From positions 1,952,001-2,016,000 of the forward strand of contig OZ250186.1 of NCBI GenBank assembly GCA_965238275.1: a DNA stretch of 64,000 nt, in the 5' to 3' direction. Origin of the DNA: Nitrosopumilus sp. Its GTDB lineage: Archaea; Thermoproteota; Nitrososphaeria; Nitrososphaerales; Nitrosopumilaceae. This document shows, piece by piece, positions 49,170-62,402 of the stretch. The stretch's first letter is position 1, and the number at the start of each line of letters is the position of its first letter. The notes under the pieces were generated by a model. The model saw nothing but the letters and a program-made list of their open reading frames with translations, did not search any database and had not been told where the DNA came from. The position numbers and the translations under genes were made by a program.

Positions 49170-51710
49170 ATGCAGGCAGTCCACACCACAGAGTCGATAC
49201 CCCCGTCCATGCTCGTCTCGGCAACATACGACGGCGCGCTGAATCTTGCGATCCTCAAGTTTTATGATCCCGAATCCAAAAGGCTGTTCTTGTGGAAGGA
49301 TAACACCGGACACAAGCCGTACTGCTATTCCAGGCTGTCCCCGGACGAGCTGGGGTTCCTCCAGAACAGGGACGACGTCCTCGAGATAAAGACGACACGG
49401 AGATACGACCTGGCAAGAGACGAATCGGTAAACATGTCAAAGATAACTGTTGCAAACCCCCTTGCAATCGGGGGAGGGGCAGGAGGCAGGGGCATCAGGA
49501 ATCTGATCGAGACCTGGGAGTCTGACATCAAGTACTACGAGAACTATCTTTATGACACGAGGCTTGTCGTTGGAAGGTACTACAAGACTGAAAACAAAAA
49601 GATAGTGCCCCACAACATGGAGATCTCCGAGGAGGTCAAGCTTGCGCTCAAGAGCCTGCTGTGGGACAAGGTGGACAGCAAGAGCATGGTGGATGCAGAA
49701 GAGTTCAAGGAGTTCATCTCAGAGTGGGCGGATCTGTTGAACCAGCCGATTCCCAAGATCAGGAGGCTGGCAGTAGACATAGAGGTGGAGGCCGAGACTG
49801 ACAGGATTCCGGATCCCAAGGTTGCAGAAAAAAAGGTCACCGCGGTAGGCTTCAAGGGTTCGGACGGTTTTGACCAGATCTTTGTGCTCAAGACCGAGGG
49901 CACCCCCATGGGTACAAACGATCTTGGCGATGAGATCAAGGTCGTCTTTTACGAGGAGGAAAAGGGGATGCTGCAGGATGCCTTTGAGGCAATCGGATCA
50001 TTCCCGTTTGTAATAACGTACAACGGGGACGAGTTTGACCTGCCATACCTCTACCACAGGGCCAAGAGGCTTGGAATCGAGGATGCGCAGATTCCAATCT
50101 ACATGATGAGGAACTCTGCCACGCTAAAGGAGGGCGTGCATCTGGACCTGTACAGGACCATGTCCAACCGCTCGTTTCAGATTTATGCCTTCAGCCAGGC
50201 ATATACGGACTTTTCGCTAAACAGCGTCTCAAAGGCCCTCCTTGGAAAGGAGAAGATTGACTACGGGCTGAACCTAGACCAGCTTACCCTGTACCAGACT
50301 GCAAACTACTGCTACAACGACTCCCTCCTCACATACCAGCTGACAAGCTTTAACGGCGATCTCCTCATGAACCTGCTTGTAATCATCGCAAGGATTGGAA
50401 GAATGCCGATTGACGACATTGCAAGGATGGGGGTCTCTCAGTGGATCAGGAGCCTGCTGTACTACGAGCACAGGGTCAGGGACTACCTCATCCCAAACAG
50501 GGCGGAACTGGAGAAGAGATCAAGGGACGTCATGTCAGATGCCGTAATCAAGAGCAAAAAGTACAAGGGCGGCCTGGTAGTCAGCCCCAAGGAGGGGATT
50601 CATTTCAAGGTGGTCGTAATGGACTTTGCGAGCCTGTATCCAAGCATCATAAAGGTCAGGAACCTGTCATACGAGACTGTCAGGTGTCCGCACGAGGAGT
50701 GCAAGAGGAACACAATCCCGCAGACCAACCACTGGGCATGCTCAAAGAGGAACGGGCTGACATCAATGATCATCGGATCCCTGAGGGATTTGAGGGTAAA
50801 CTACTACAAGAGCCTCTCAAGGAAGGAGACCCTTACAGACGAGCAGAGGCAGCAGTACACGGTGGTAAGCCAGGCACTCAAGGTTATTTTGAATGCCAGC
50901 TACGGCGTAATGGGGGCAGACATATTCCCGCTGTACTTCCTTCCCGCAGCAGAGGCGACCACTGCAATCGGAAGGCACACCATCCAGGAGACGATCAACA
51001 AATGCGAATCCGCCGGAATCAACGTGCTTTACGGGGATACGGACTCGCTGTTCATCAAAAAGCCAACGCCTGCACAGATCCAGATGGTAATAGAGCAGGC
51101 AAAGAGGGATCACGGGGTCGATCTCGAGGTTGACAAGGAGTACAGGTACTGCGTGCTAAGCAACAGGAAGAAGAACTACTTTGGGGTTACAGAGTCCGGA
51201 AAGGTCGACGTCAAGGGGCTGACGGGCAAAAAATCGCACACGCCGCCGTTCATCAAGAGGCTGTTTGGCGAGATCCTCGTGGTCCTCGCAAGGATACAGA
51301 CAGAGGGCGACTTTGAGGAGGCAAAGAGGGTAATCTCAGAGAAGATTGCAGGGTACGGCAAAAGGGTGGAGTCAAGGGAGATACCGTTAAAGGATCTTGC
51401 CTTCACCGTCATGCTCAGCAAGTCGCCTGCAGAGTATACAAAGACTGTCCCCCAGCACATAAAGGCTGCAAAACAGCTAGAGGGCAGCAGGATCATAAAG
51501 AGGGGGGACAGGATCTCATACATCAAGGTCATAGGCAGGATCGGGGTAAAGCCAATCGAGTTGGCAAGAGGGGACGAGATTGACGCCAAGAAATACATGG
51601 AGTTTATGGAGTCCACCCTGGAGCAGATTACCTCGTCGATGAGCCTGGATTTTGACAGGATCCTGAATAAGCCAAAGCAGTCAGGCATGGACGAGTTCTT
51701 CTGGGGCTAG
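49170..51710 (+). CDS. polB: family B DNA polymerase
   Basis: DIE, YNGDEFD, DFASLYPS, KVILNASYG, YGDTDS. Confidence 0.96.
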   Translation: MQAVHTTESIPPSMLVSATYDGALNLAILKFYDPESKRLFLWKDNTGHKPYCYSRLSPDELGFLQNRDDVLEIKTTRRYDLARDESVNMSKITVANPLAIGGGAGGRGIRNLIETWESDIKYYENYLYDTRLVVGRYYKTENKKIVPHNMEISEEVKLALKSLLWDKVDSKSMVDAEEFKEFISEWADLLNQPIPKIRRLAVDIEVEAETDRIPDPKVAEKKVTAVGFKGSDGFDQIFVLKTEGTPMGTNDLGDEIKVVFYEEEKGMLQDAFEAIGSFPFVITYNGDEFDLPYLYHRAKRLGIEDAQIPIYMMRNSATLKEGVHLDLYRTMSNRSFQIYAFSQAYTDFSLNSVSKALLGKEKIDYGLNLDQLTLYQTANYCYNDSLLTYQLTSFNGDLLMNLLVIIARIGRMPIDDIARMGVSQWIRSLLYYEHRVRDYLIPNRAELEKRSRDVMSDAVIKSKKYKGGLVVSPKEGIHFKVVVMDFASLYPSIIKVRNLSYETVRCPHEECKRNTIPQTNHWACSKRNGLTSMIIGSLRDLRVNYYKSLSRKETLTDEQRQQYTVVSQALKVILNASYGVMGADIFPLYFLPAAEATTAIGRHTIQETINKCESAGINVLYGDTDSLFIKKPTPAQIQMVIEQAKRDHGVDLEVDKEYRYCVLSNRKKNYFGVTESGKVDVKGLTGKKSHTPPFIKRLFGEILVVLARIQTEGDFEEAKRVISEKIAGYGKRVESREIPLKDLAFTVMLSKSPAEYTKTVPQHIKAAKQLEGSRIIKRGDRISYIKVIGRIGVKPIELARGDEIDAKKYMEFMESTLEQITSSMSLDFDRILNKPKQSGMDEFFWG

Positions 51711-51853
51711 CCCGGAGCGGGTGTGTGCCCCCTTGAAGCGATTGGCCTCTCGCCATGCGGATTCCTTGGCAGAGTCTATGCGGCCTGCAGGCAGGATGCC
51801 ACAGGCAGGCAGATAATCAAGGATTAAATAGAAAACCGGACACCCAAGTAGGG

Positions 51854-52528
51854 ATGCTGGTCATTAACTGCAAGAACTACATGGAGGTTGCAGGAGACAG
51901 AATTGTCAGGTTTGTTGAGACTGCCGAAAAGGTCTCAAAAAGATACAACGTGGAGATTGCCGTGGCGCCGCCACAGCACCTTATTGGCGCAGTCGCAGGA
52001 AGAGGCGGCAGCAACAGCAGCAGCATACCCATTCTTGCCCAGCATGTCGACGAGTCAGGCATTGGCAGCACCACGGGATTCGTGGTGCCAGAGATGCTAA
52101 AGGAGTCAGGGGTGAGCGGATCCCTGATTAACCACAGCGAGCACAGAATTCCAGATGCCGCGGTACAAAGGCTGGTGCAGAGGATGAGGGGGCTTGGAAT
52201 GATCTCCATCGTATGCGTTAGGGATGTGGCAGAGGCCGGAAGGTATGCAGGATTCAACCCCGACTACATAGCAATAGAGCCTCCTGAGCTGATTGGCTCG
52301 GGCAGGGCAATCTCAAAGGAGAGGCCGGAGATGATCACCGACGCAGGCGATGCAATAGCAGGTGTCGGGAGTCAGGCCGGGCTGCTGTGCGGTGCCGGAA
52401 TCATCTCAGGGGCAGACGTCGCAAGGGCCGTCGAGCTGGGAGCCAGGGGCGTTCTGGTGGCAAGCGGAATAGTAAAGGCGGCAGACTGGGACGGGATAAT
52501 CTCAGAGTTTGCCAGATCAATAAGATAG
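51854..52528 (+). CDS. tpiA: triosephosphate isomerase (archaeal type)
   Basis: [33 protein letters not shown]. Confidence 0.95.
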   Translation: MLVINCKNYMEVAGDRIVRFVETAEKVSKRYNVEIAVAPPQHLIGAVAGRGGSNSSSIPILAQHVDESGIGSTTGFVVPEMLKESGVSGSLINHSEHRIPDAAVQRLVQRMRGLGMISIVCVRDVAEAGRYAGFNPDYIAIEPPELIGSGRAISKERPEMITDAGDAIAGVGSQAGLLCGAGIISGADVARAVELGARGVLVASGIVKAADWDGIISEFARSIR

Positions 52529-52619
52529 CCATCCCCTGGCAGGATCCCGGATGAACCGGCACGCATGCATGCCATGAAATACTGATAAAATATAAAACAA
52601 CATAACCAAACAATACACC

Positions 52620-52763
52620 ATGAACGGAACGACAACGTTTGCGTGCTTTGCACTGCTAGCAGCAGCCGCGCTGATTCCCGCCACGCCTGCGTATTCCCAA
52701 GACGAGGATGTCGATCCGTGTTCCCTGACACGCTTTGATCCAGACTGCAGCCCGTCAGGGTGA
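52620..52763 (+). pseudogene. 5' stub of a secreted protein
   Basis: MNGTTTFACFALLAAAALIPATPAYS signal peptide; stops at the junction with the kinase. Confidence 0.55.
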
Positions 52764-54154
52764 CCCATTCCCTCGACAATCCCCCTGCAGATGGACAGTC
52801 CCAGTCCCGTGCCGCCGTGCCGGCGGGTTACGGTCGAATCCACCTGGTAGAACTTGTTGAAGAGTTTTGCCTGCTTTTCCTGCGGGATGCCTATGCCGTT
52901 GTCTTCGACGCCAAACCAGAGGAACTTGCCGTCCCGCTTGACAGTCACAGTTATCCGGCCGGTGTCAGCCGGCGTAAAGTCGACTGCGTTGTATATCAGA
53001 TTGTTTATGACCTCCTCTATCCTGGATCTGTCCCCCGTGACGCGTCCCTTCTCCAGCACCTGCATGATCAGTTTGATCCTTTTTTCGTCTGCCGTGTAGG
53101 CCATGGTGGATTTTATGCTCTCCACCATATCTTCAATGTCAAACTCCCCAAAGTCAAACTTCATCCTGCCCAGCTCCAGCTTGTGTATGCTCAACAGGTC
53201 TGTTACCAGATGGCGGAGGTGGACTGCGTTGTTGAGGATGGTCCTGATCGCCTTGGTCTGTTTTTCGTTCAGATCCCCCAGCATTCCGGGCTTGGCCAGC
53301 GCCTGCGAGAATCCGATTATTGGCGTGAGGGGAGTCTTGAGCTCGTGCGTTATGCCGGTGAGAAACTCGTCTTTCATCGTGTCTATCTGCTTGCGCTGGT
53401 CAAGCATGTCTGTAGTCTCCTTCATTTTGGTAAGGTCCTGTATGACCACGTTCCTGCCCAGCAGTGCCCCATCCTCGTCAAACAGGTTTGTGGGGGTTAT
53501 CAGTGCCGGAAACTCGGCGTGATCCTTCTTTTTCATCCACGACTCGACTGGCTGGCAGGCCCCGTTGACGCGCCACTTTGCCATGTTTATCAGTATGCCC
53601 GAGACGGACCTGTCTGCGGTGTGTTCTGTCAGGTTCTTGCCGATAATCTCGGACTTTGTGTAGCCGAGCTTTTCCGCATAGGCCCGGTTGCAGTCTACTA
53701 TCACCCCCTCCACATTCACGGTCCGGTACATGTCAGGCGAGTTCTCATAGAGGCTTTCGTACTTGCTCAGCCTCACCAACTCCTGAAACTGCCTAACCTC
53801 CTCATAGTCCAACAGGGTCGTCCTGCTTCGGACCAGCTTGCCGTTGGTGCCGACCACGTCCTCCACGGTAATCAATACATCAAATGACCTGCCGTCCTTT
53901 GTCAGCAGCGGAAACTTGTGGTTGTGGACAGGTATGCGTTTCTTCCAGTTTTCAAAGATGTTTCGGATGAGATCATGGTGCTCCTTGGGAGTGTGATCGA
54001 ATATGGACATTCCCACGACCTCGTCCCGGATGTATCCCAGCATGCGTGCGTATTTGTCATTGCAGCTGATTATGTGTCCATCAAGATCCACCACCCTTTG
54101 CATGGGCTCCAGCGTGGTACGCACCGTATGGCGTTTCTCAAATTCGGTACTCAT
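52764..54154 (-). pseudogene. PAS-PAS histidine kinase, C-terminally truncated
   Basis: THELKTPL, NLIYNA, DNGIG, GTGLGL; homology stops at CRGIVEGMG, and the ORF runs on into unrelated sequence to 52517. Confidence 0.8.
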
Positions 54155-54501
54155 TGTATCGCCCCTTCACACTGTAATAACTGGCAGTTGGCATATTCAG
54201 TTTGCATGTGAGGGTATCAGGTAAATATCTGTATTGTGTGTTGGCTGGTGCGGCCATCTCATAGGGTTGGGGACACAAACCCATGGCCGCGCATTACTGG
54301 GCGTGGCGCCAGGTAACTCCGGGCGATCTCGACGCACGTCCAAAGTTCATCGAAATGTTAAAGATTATCCCGCCTTGTCATGTCGGCCACCATCTGAGTT
54401 CCTGGATCGGGTCACATGTGGTTATTTTCGTACAACAAAAACACGCCAAATTCTGAAAACACTTATGAACAGTCCGTTTGGCATACCGACTATAATATAC
54501 C

Positions 54502-54969
54502 ATGGAAAGACTGTCAAAATTTGCAATTTATTTGGGAATTGGGATTGGCATGACCGTCTTCGTATTGTTCCTGATTGCGGCACTGCCAAATATACTTGAA
54601 AACTCCGTCCGAGATTGGGAACGCCTCGACAAGAGCGGCTACTCTGAAGAAGAACTGCGTGCAAAGTTTACAGAACACCCGGCATACAAGGCAATGTATG
54701 AAAGGTTTCCGGATACAAAGGAAGATTTCACATATTATGGAGAAGGAGACGGAAGCATGATGTTGGGAGTGATAAATTTTGAGAACAACAATCAACTGAT
54801 GCTTGATTTAAACTATCACGACTATGAGGGCAAGGTCCGTGCAGGCGCATACTGCAACACAGAATCAGGCCGCGACGGATTCTATGCAGACGAATTGTTT
54901 GCAGAGGGCTTTATACGAAATACCGACTGCCTGGAATTGACAGACGACGACAAACCGGTCGAACCCTAG
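54502..54969 (+). CDS. membrane-anchored hypothetical protein
   Basis: N-terminal TM and acidic extracellular domain. Confidence 0.75.
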   Translation: MERLSKFAIYLGIGIGMTVFVLFLIAALPNILENSVRDWERLDKSGYSEEELRAKFTEHPAYKAMYERFPDTKEDFTYYGEGDGSMMLGVINFENNNQLMLDLNYHDYEGKVRAGAYCNTESGRDGFYADELFAEGFIRNTDCLELTDDDKPVEP

Positions 54970-55228
54970 GGTGCCGTTACGATGACTCCCCGTACGGGGC
55001 ATGCGGCAAGTTGACTAAGAGATTTTGATAATTGCCTGCGACGGTTAAAAGGAATTCATGCGGATGCCGGGTGGGCAGGTGCCTGTGCGGCTTGGAGGCA
55101 TACCCGGATACGTCAGATACATGTACAGATTAATGGTTTAATACCCCCTTGCAGATGCCATATAGTTAAAAATGAAACAAATCTACTTTTACGACGAGGG
55201 GGACGGAAAGAATGCCATATAGTTAAAA

Positions 55229-57877
55229 ATGAAACAAATCTACTTTTACGACGAGGGGGACAATTTGGGCGGAAAGGGCTTTTGGGCGGAAAGGGCCTGC
55301 CTGTGCGAGATGACAAAGCTGAAGCTGCCAGTCCCGCCCGGATTTACAATAACCACCCAGGTCTGCAAGAAATACTATGAAAACAAGAAGGGCCTTCCAA
55401 AGACGCTCATGGCAGAAGTGAGAAAAAACATCGCAAAGATTGAAAAGAGGACCGGAAAGGGGTGGAACTCCGAGTCAAACCCCCTGCTGGTATCGGTTCG
55501 ATCCGGCGCTGCAGTATCCATGCCCGGCATGATGGATACGATTCTAAACCTGGGACTCAATGAGGTGACCGTGTCAGGGCTTGCAGAGAGGAGCGGCAAT
55601 CCAAGGTTTGCATGGGATTCGTACAGGAGGTTTATCCAGCTGTTTGGAAAGGTGGTGTTTGGCGTGGACGACAAAAAGTTTGACGGCGTGCTGGATGCGG
55701 CCAAGAGAAGGCAGGGCGTAAAGAATGACAGTGATCTGAACGAGAAGTCGCTAAGGGGGATAGTAGGCAGGTACAAGAAGATCTGTGAAAAGCATACCGG
55801 CAGGGCGTTTCCCGCAGACCCCACAGAACAGATAGAGCTTGCAATCAAGGCAGTCTTTGGCAGCTGGATGGGCCACAGGGCAGTCGTGTACAGGGAGAAG
55901 AACAACATCACGCGGGATGTCGCAGACGGGACTGCGGTGAACGTGGTGTCCATGGCGTTTGGCAACATGGGCGATGACAGCGCCACGGGGGTCGTATTTA
56001 CAAGAAATCCGGAGGACGGCACCCGCCACATCTACGGCGAATACCTGATGAATGCCCAGGGCGAGGACGTGGTTGCAGGAGTGAGGACAGGAAAGCAGGT
56101 AGACCAGATGAAAAACGATCTTCCAGAGTCATACAAGCAGCTTGCAAATACATGCCAGATGCTCGAAAGGCACTACAAGGAGCCCCAGGACATAGAGTTT
56201 ACGATAGAGCAGGGAATATTCTATCTGCTGCAGACCAGGAACGCAAAGATGAACGCAGTCTCGATGGTAAAGACGTCAGTGGACATGGTCAGGGAGAGGC
56301 TCATAGACAAGAACATGGCCCTGACCAGGATTCATGCAGAACAGCTGGAACAGATGCTGCACAAGAGGATGGATCCCGCAGATGTCAAAAAGCACGAACG
56401 CGTGGTAGGGGGGATCGCAGCGTCGCCCGGCGCTGCCAGCGGGATTGCGGTGTTTGATGTAACGAGGGCCGCTGCCATGGGGGAAAGCGGGGAGAAGGTG
56501 GTTCTAATCAGGGAGGAGACAAAGCCCGAGGACGTGCCTGCGTTCTTCGAGTCGGTGGGAATACTTACCAGCAGGGGAGGCAAGACGTCCCATGCCGCAG
56601 TGGTCGCAAGGGGAATGGGCAAGCCGTGCATTGTAGGATGCTCCGACCTGGAGATAGACTACGAGGGCAGGCAGTGCAGCGCAAACGGCAAGACCATGCG
56701 CGAGGGCGACACCATCACAATTGACGGAAACTCGGGCGCAGTGTATACGGGTTCGGTACAGATGATAGAGCCGGAGATTACCGCAGACTTTAGGCGGATT
56801 CTGAAATGGGCCCAAAAGTCAAAAAAGATCGGGGTCAGGGCAAACGCCGACACCCCGGACGGCGCAAGGCTGGCAAGGGAGCTTGGAGGCCAGGGCATAG
56901 GGCTGTGCAGGACAGAGAGGATGTTTAACGCAAGCGACAGGATAGGGCTGTTTGTGGATATGATCATGGCAAGGGATACCAAGGAGAGGGGCAGGGTGCT
57001 CAAGAAGCTCGGCCGCCTCCAAAAGAGCGACTTTATCCAGATCCTAAGGGCCATGGAGGGATACAAGGTCACAATCAGGCTGCTGGATCCCCCGCTGCAC
57101 GAGTTCCTTCCAAACCCCGAAGAGCTTGCAGAGAAGATTCGAAAGATGAAATCGCCAAAAGAGATAGACGAGGCAAAGAACGTCCTGAGAAGGGCAAGGG
57201 AGCTTGCAGAGGTCAACCCCATGATGGGGCACAGGGGGGTAAGGGTCGGAGTCACGTATCCCGAGATTTACGAGATGCAGATCCGCGCAGTCTTTGAGGC
57301 GCTTGCAGAACTTGCGCGCAAAAAAGTCAGGGCGCGTCCCCAGATTATGATTCCGCAGATAAGCAGCGTCTCGGAACTGAACCACATCAAGGGAATCTAC
57401 GACTCAGTCAAGGCCGAGATGGAGGCCAAATACAAGACCAGGCTGACGATAAACTTTGGGACCATGATCGAGGTGGTGCGGGCGGCCCTTACCGCAGAGG
57501 AACTTGCCGGTACTGCAGAGTTCTTTAGTTTTGGCACAAACGACCTGACCCAGGGCACGTTCAGCTTCAGCAGGGAGGACGTGGAGGGCAAGTTCCTTCC
57601 GGAGTACATGGACAAGGAGATCCTGGAGAGGAACCCGTTCCAGTCCATCGACGAGGGCGGCGTCGGCAGGCTGATGAGGCTGTGTGTCGCCGACGGACGC
57701 AGCGTCAGGCCCGACATGGAGGTCGGAATATGCGGGGAGCACGGGGGGGATCCAAGGTCCGTCAAGTTCTGCCACGGCCAGGGCCTCAGCTATGTCAGTG
57801 CCTCGCCGCACAGGATCCCGATTGCCATAGTGGCAGCGGCCCAGGCGGCAATAGAGCAGTCTGAGAAATCCCAGTGA
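55229..57877 (+). CDS. ppdK: pyruvate, phosphate dikinase (rearranged 5' end)
   Basis: LGGKG, VSVRSGA, GGKTSHAAVVAR, GLCRTE, SFGTNDL, GICGEHGG. Confidence 0.95.
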   Translation: MKQIYFYDEGDNLGGKGFWAERACLCEMTKLKLPVPPGFTITTQVCKKYYENKKGLPKTLMAEVRKNIAKIEKRTGKGWNSESNPLLVSVRSGAAVSMPGMMDTILNLGLNEVTVSGLAERSGNPRFAWDSYRRFIQLFGKVVFGVDDKKFDGVLDAAKRRQGVKNDSDLNEKSLRGIVGRYKKICEKHTGRAFPADPTEQIELAIKAVFGSWMGHRAVVYREKNNITRDVADGTAVNVVSMAFGNMGDDSATGVVFTRNPEDGTRHIYGEYLMNAQGEDVVAGVRTGKQVDQMKNDLPESYKQLANTCQMLERHYKEPQDIEFTIEQGIFYLLQTRNAKMNAVSMVKTSVDMVRERLIDKNMALTRIHAEQLEQMLHKRMDPADVKKHERVVGGIAASPGAASGIAVFDVTRAAAMGESGEKVVLIREETKPEDVPAFFESVGILTSRGGKTSHAAVVARGMGKPCIVGCSDLEIDYEGRQCSANGKTMREGDTITIDGNSGAVYTGSVQMIEPEITADFRRILKWAQKSKKIGVRANADTPDGARLARELGGQGIGLCRTERMFNASDRIGLFVDMIMARDTKERGRVLKKLGRLQKSDFIQILRAMEGYKVTIRLLDPPLHEFLPNPEELAEKIRKMKSPKEIDEAKNVLRRARELAEVNPMMGHRGVRVGVTYPEIYEMQIRAVFEALAELARKKVRARPQIMIPQISSVSELNHIKGIYDSVKAEMEAKYKTRLTINFGTMIEVVRAALTAEELAGTAEFFSFGTNDLTQGTFSFSREDVEGKFLPEYMDKEILERNPFQSIDEGGVGRLMRLCVADGRSVRPDMEVGICGEHGGDPRSVKFCHGQGLSYVSASPHRIPIAIVAAAQAAIEQSEKSQ

Positions 57878-58313
57878 TTAAAAGCCAGGGGTTTTGAATA
57901 AACCGGCAGGCATGGTTCCGGATGCAGGACAATAATATTCTGGCATTAAACGTGAATGCATATTGATGTTTGTTTGTCCGACATTCTGTAAATCCTCGGA
58001 ATATTCTGCATATTCATTAATGTGAATTTTTGGCAGTCACGTAAGCCAATTAAAGTGTCATTTTCCAGTTATCGGCTCCTTTAGATAATTGGGGAGAGGT
58101 AATTTTTCGTCTGGACAGTGTCCGGCAATATCACCTTCAATCAGATATATGCCCAATATTGGCGCAGCCGCGGCAATTATGGCCATAAATGCTTGTAGGA
58201 TCTTTCCAGAAACATTATGAACCTGCCACCGGCATCGGATTGGAACCATGGGCCACAGAACATGATTTTGTTGCATAGGTTAGTTTTTATTTTTGGAGCC
58301 ACAACTGATCATC

Positions 58314-58703
58314 ATGCAAGGGTTTAACGTACCAGGGGCCCTATACCAGCAGAAATGCAGCAGGCTTTTACAGGAGGGCGAGATGCGCTTTGCAGGAATA
58401 ATCGACAAGGGGGGCGCACTCGTGGCCGGAGGGTTCAAGGAGACCGTGGTGCCGTACGAAAAGGACGAGACCAACCTGCAGTCTTTCTTCGAGTTCATCT
58501 CGAAGATATCCATCAGGCACGACTACGACGAGAGCCTGGGGCCGATCAACTACCTTGCGGCGCGCCGCGACAAGGTCATACTGATGGCCTTCCCCTTCCC
58601 GGTGTCAAACATCGTCCTCTTGATATCCGCAGAGCCCACAGTCAGCATCGAGGAGACGGCAGAAAAGGTGGTGCGCATATTCACGGACTCTGGCCAGCGG
58701 TGA
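58314..58703 (+). CDS. thaumarchaeal DUF6659-like protein
   Basis: MRFAGIIDKGGALVAGG...YDESLG; paralogue of 40369-40734. Confidence 0.8.
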   Translation: MQGFNVPGALYQQKCSRLLQEGEMRFAGIIDKGGALVAGGFKETVVPYEKDETNLQSFFEFISKISIRHDYDESLGPINYLAARRDKVILMAFPFPVSNIVLLISAEPTVSIEETAEKVVRIFTDSGQR

Positions 58704-58927
58704 GGGAAAAGGCATCAGGTTTGTCATTATCGCAGCAGCAGCCTGTTGCATGGTTTGTTTCAGGATATTATCGTGAATTACGCCGTCTGCCAGGAACTGA
58801 AAAATCGAAAAAAGACGACCGACACAAAATCCCGCTCCAAAAATCCAGATAGACGTGCCGTACCTTAAGCCTCGGGAAAGCCCGTGCGCAAAATACACTT
58901 TAAAGCCATCTGCGCCCAACCATACCC

Positions 58928-59485
58928 ATGCTTCCCAGGATAGAGTCCATCAGGCAGATAAGGCAAAAGATTGGGGTCACGCAAAAAAAGCTTGCAGGCA
59001 TGACCGGCGTCAGCACGTCGATGATAAACCAGATAGAGTCGGGCAGGAGCAGGCCAAGCTACGAGACGGCAAGAAGGATATTTGACAGCCTGGCAACGCT
59101 GGAGGGGGCGTCCTCGTCGCACACGGTGGGGGACTTTTGCAGCAGCGACATCATAAGGCTAAAGCCCACTGACACGCTGCATGACGCAATCAGAAGGATG
59201 CACGAGATGTCCATCAGCCAGATTCCGGTATTTGACGGAGTCGACGTGGTGGGGCTGATATCCGAAGACGGCATCGTAAGGCACATCTCGGAGATGGGGG
59301 AGGCCGAAATCAAGAAGGCAAGGCTCTCAGACACCATGGAGCCGACACCTCCGATCGTGGATCACCAGACTCCTGCAAACGTGCTTGTCCCGCTGATAAG
59401 ATACTCAAAGTGCATACTGGTCTCAAGGAACACGAGGATCGTGGGGATAATTACGGCCTCTGACACCCTCAAGATGATGGAGTGA
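58928..59485 (+). CDS. HTH + CBS-domain transcriptional regulator
   Basis: TQKKLAGMTGVSTSMINQIESG; ISQIPV, GIITASD. Confidence 0.9.
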   Translation: MLPRIESIRQIRQKIGVTQKKLAGMTGVSTSMINQIESGRSRPSYETARRIFDSLATLEGASSSHTVGDFCSSDIIRLKPTDTLHDAIRRMHEMSISQIPVFDGVDVVGLISEDGIVRHISEMGEAEIKKARLSDTMEPTPPIVDHQTPANVLVPLIRYSKCILVSRNTRIVGIITASDTLKMME

Positions 59486-59879
59486 CTTTTGGGTGGGAGC
59501 AGAGTTCTGCAAGCACGCCTGCAAGCGACTTTGGATGAATGAACGTAACCTGCGTTCCCGCAGAGCCGGGCCTTATCTTTCCCAGGAACCGGATTCCGCA
59601 CCCCTCCATCCTTTCCACCTCGCCTGAGATGTCGTCAGTCTCCAGCGCGATGTGGTGGAGTCCCGGCCCCTTGCGGTCAAGGAACTTTTTAATCGGGCTG
59701 TCCGGGGTTGTGGGCTGCATCAGCTCGATCCGGCCGTTCTCCAGCGTGATTATCGCCACGCGGACCCCCTCAGACTCCACCGTCTCAAACTCGACTTTGT
59801 CGACTCCGAGGGCCTGCTGGTACACGCGCGCCGACTCCTCCACGTCGTTTACCGCAATTGCGACGTGATCGATTAGCAC
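59469..59879 (-). CDS. mce: methylmalonyl-CoA epimerase
   Basis: IDHVAIAV, GPGLHHIA, FIHPKS...LAEL. Confidence 0.93.
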   Translation of the reverse strand: MLIDHVAIAVNDVEESARVYQQALGVDKVEFETVESEGVRVAIITLENGRIELMQPTTPDSPIKKFLDRKGPGLHHIALETDDISGEVERMEGCGIRFLGKIRPGSAGTQVTFIHPKSLAGVLAELCSHPKVTPSS

Positions 59880-61469
<1,590 letters not shown>

Positions 61470-61475
61470 TATTCA

Positions 61476-62402
61476 TCACTTTAGTACGGATTTGGTTATC
61501 CTGGCCCCCGCCTCAAACGGATCCATGCTGCCCTCCTGCACCATGTTAAGGTGTTTGGCGGTGGCCTTGTCAGAGAGTAGCATGTCATCGATTTTGCTGC
61601 GAATGTTATTTAAAATGATATCCCTTAGTTCGGCCTCGAGGCGCGGCCCGCGCGTCTCCTTTTTGGACTCTGCCCGGGACTTCATCATGCCCTTGAGCAC
61701 CTTTGCAAACTCGCCGATTCCCGTGTTCCTCTTTGCAGACGTCTTGAGGACGATCGGCCTTCTCTCAGAGCCCCCTATGAAGTCCTGCACGGCATCAAAG
61801 AGCCGGCTAGAGCCTGCAAGATCGCTTTTGTTGATGAGGTAGATGTCGCCAATCTCAGTCAGCCCGGCCTTGATGGTCTGGATGCTGTCGCCGGTATTGG
61901 GGTTGAATACCACCACGGTGATGTCTGCAATCTTGGATATCTCCACTTCCGTCTGTCCCGCCCCGACGCTCTCGATTATTATCGGGTCGAACCCGGCATA
62001 CTCCAGCACGCGGATGCTGTTTCTCAGGGAACCGGATACCGCGCCTGTAGCGCCCCTTGATGCGATGCTGCGGATATACGCGCCAGAGTCGGTGGACTCG
62101 CTCATCCTGACCCTGTCCCCGAGTATCGCCCCTCCGGTGATGTGGCTCGTGGGATCTATTGCCAGCACCGCAGGCTTGGTGCGCAGTTTCCTCAGGTCCA
62201 GAACGGTCTGGTTGATAAGCGAGCTCTTGCCGGCGCCTGCAGGCCCGGTTATCCCGATTATGACAGAGTTTCCTGTCTCCCCGAAGATCTCCTTGAGCAG
62301 TTCCCGGGTTCCTTCCGGATCGTTTTCCACCATGGTGATGGCCTTTGCAATGGCGCCCCGCCTCCCCTTCTTCAGATCAGGTATCAGATCCAATACGGTC
62401 AT
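61476..62402 (-). CDS. meaB: methylmalonyl-CoA mutase GTPase chaperone
   Basis: GPAGAGKS, GAILGDRVRM, ESVGAGQ, NKSD. Confidence 0.93.
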   Translation of the reverse strand: MTVLDLIPDLKKGRRGAIAKAITMVENDPEGTRELLKEIFGETGNSVIIGITGPAGAGKSSLINQTVLDLRKLRTKPAVLAIDPTSHITGGAILGDRVRMSESTDSGAYIRSIASRGATGAVSGSLRNSIRVLEYAGFDPIIIESVGAGQTEVEISKIADITVVVFNPNTGDSIQTIKAGLTEIGDIYLINKSDLAGSSRLFDAVQDFIGGSERRPIVLKTSAKRNTGIGEFAKVLKGMMKSRAESKKETRGPRLEAELRDIILNNIRSKIDDMLLSDKATAKHLNMVQEGSMDPFEAGARITKSVLK

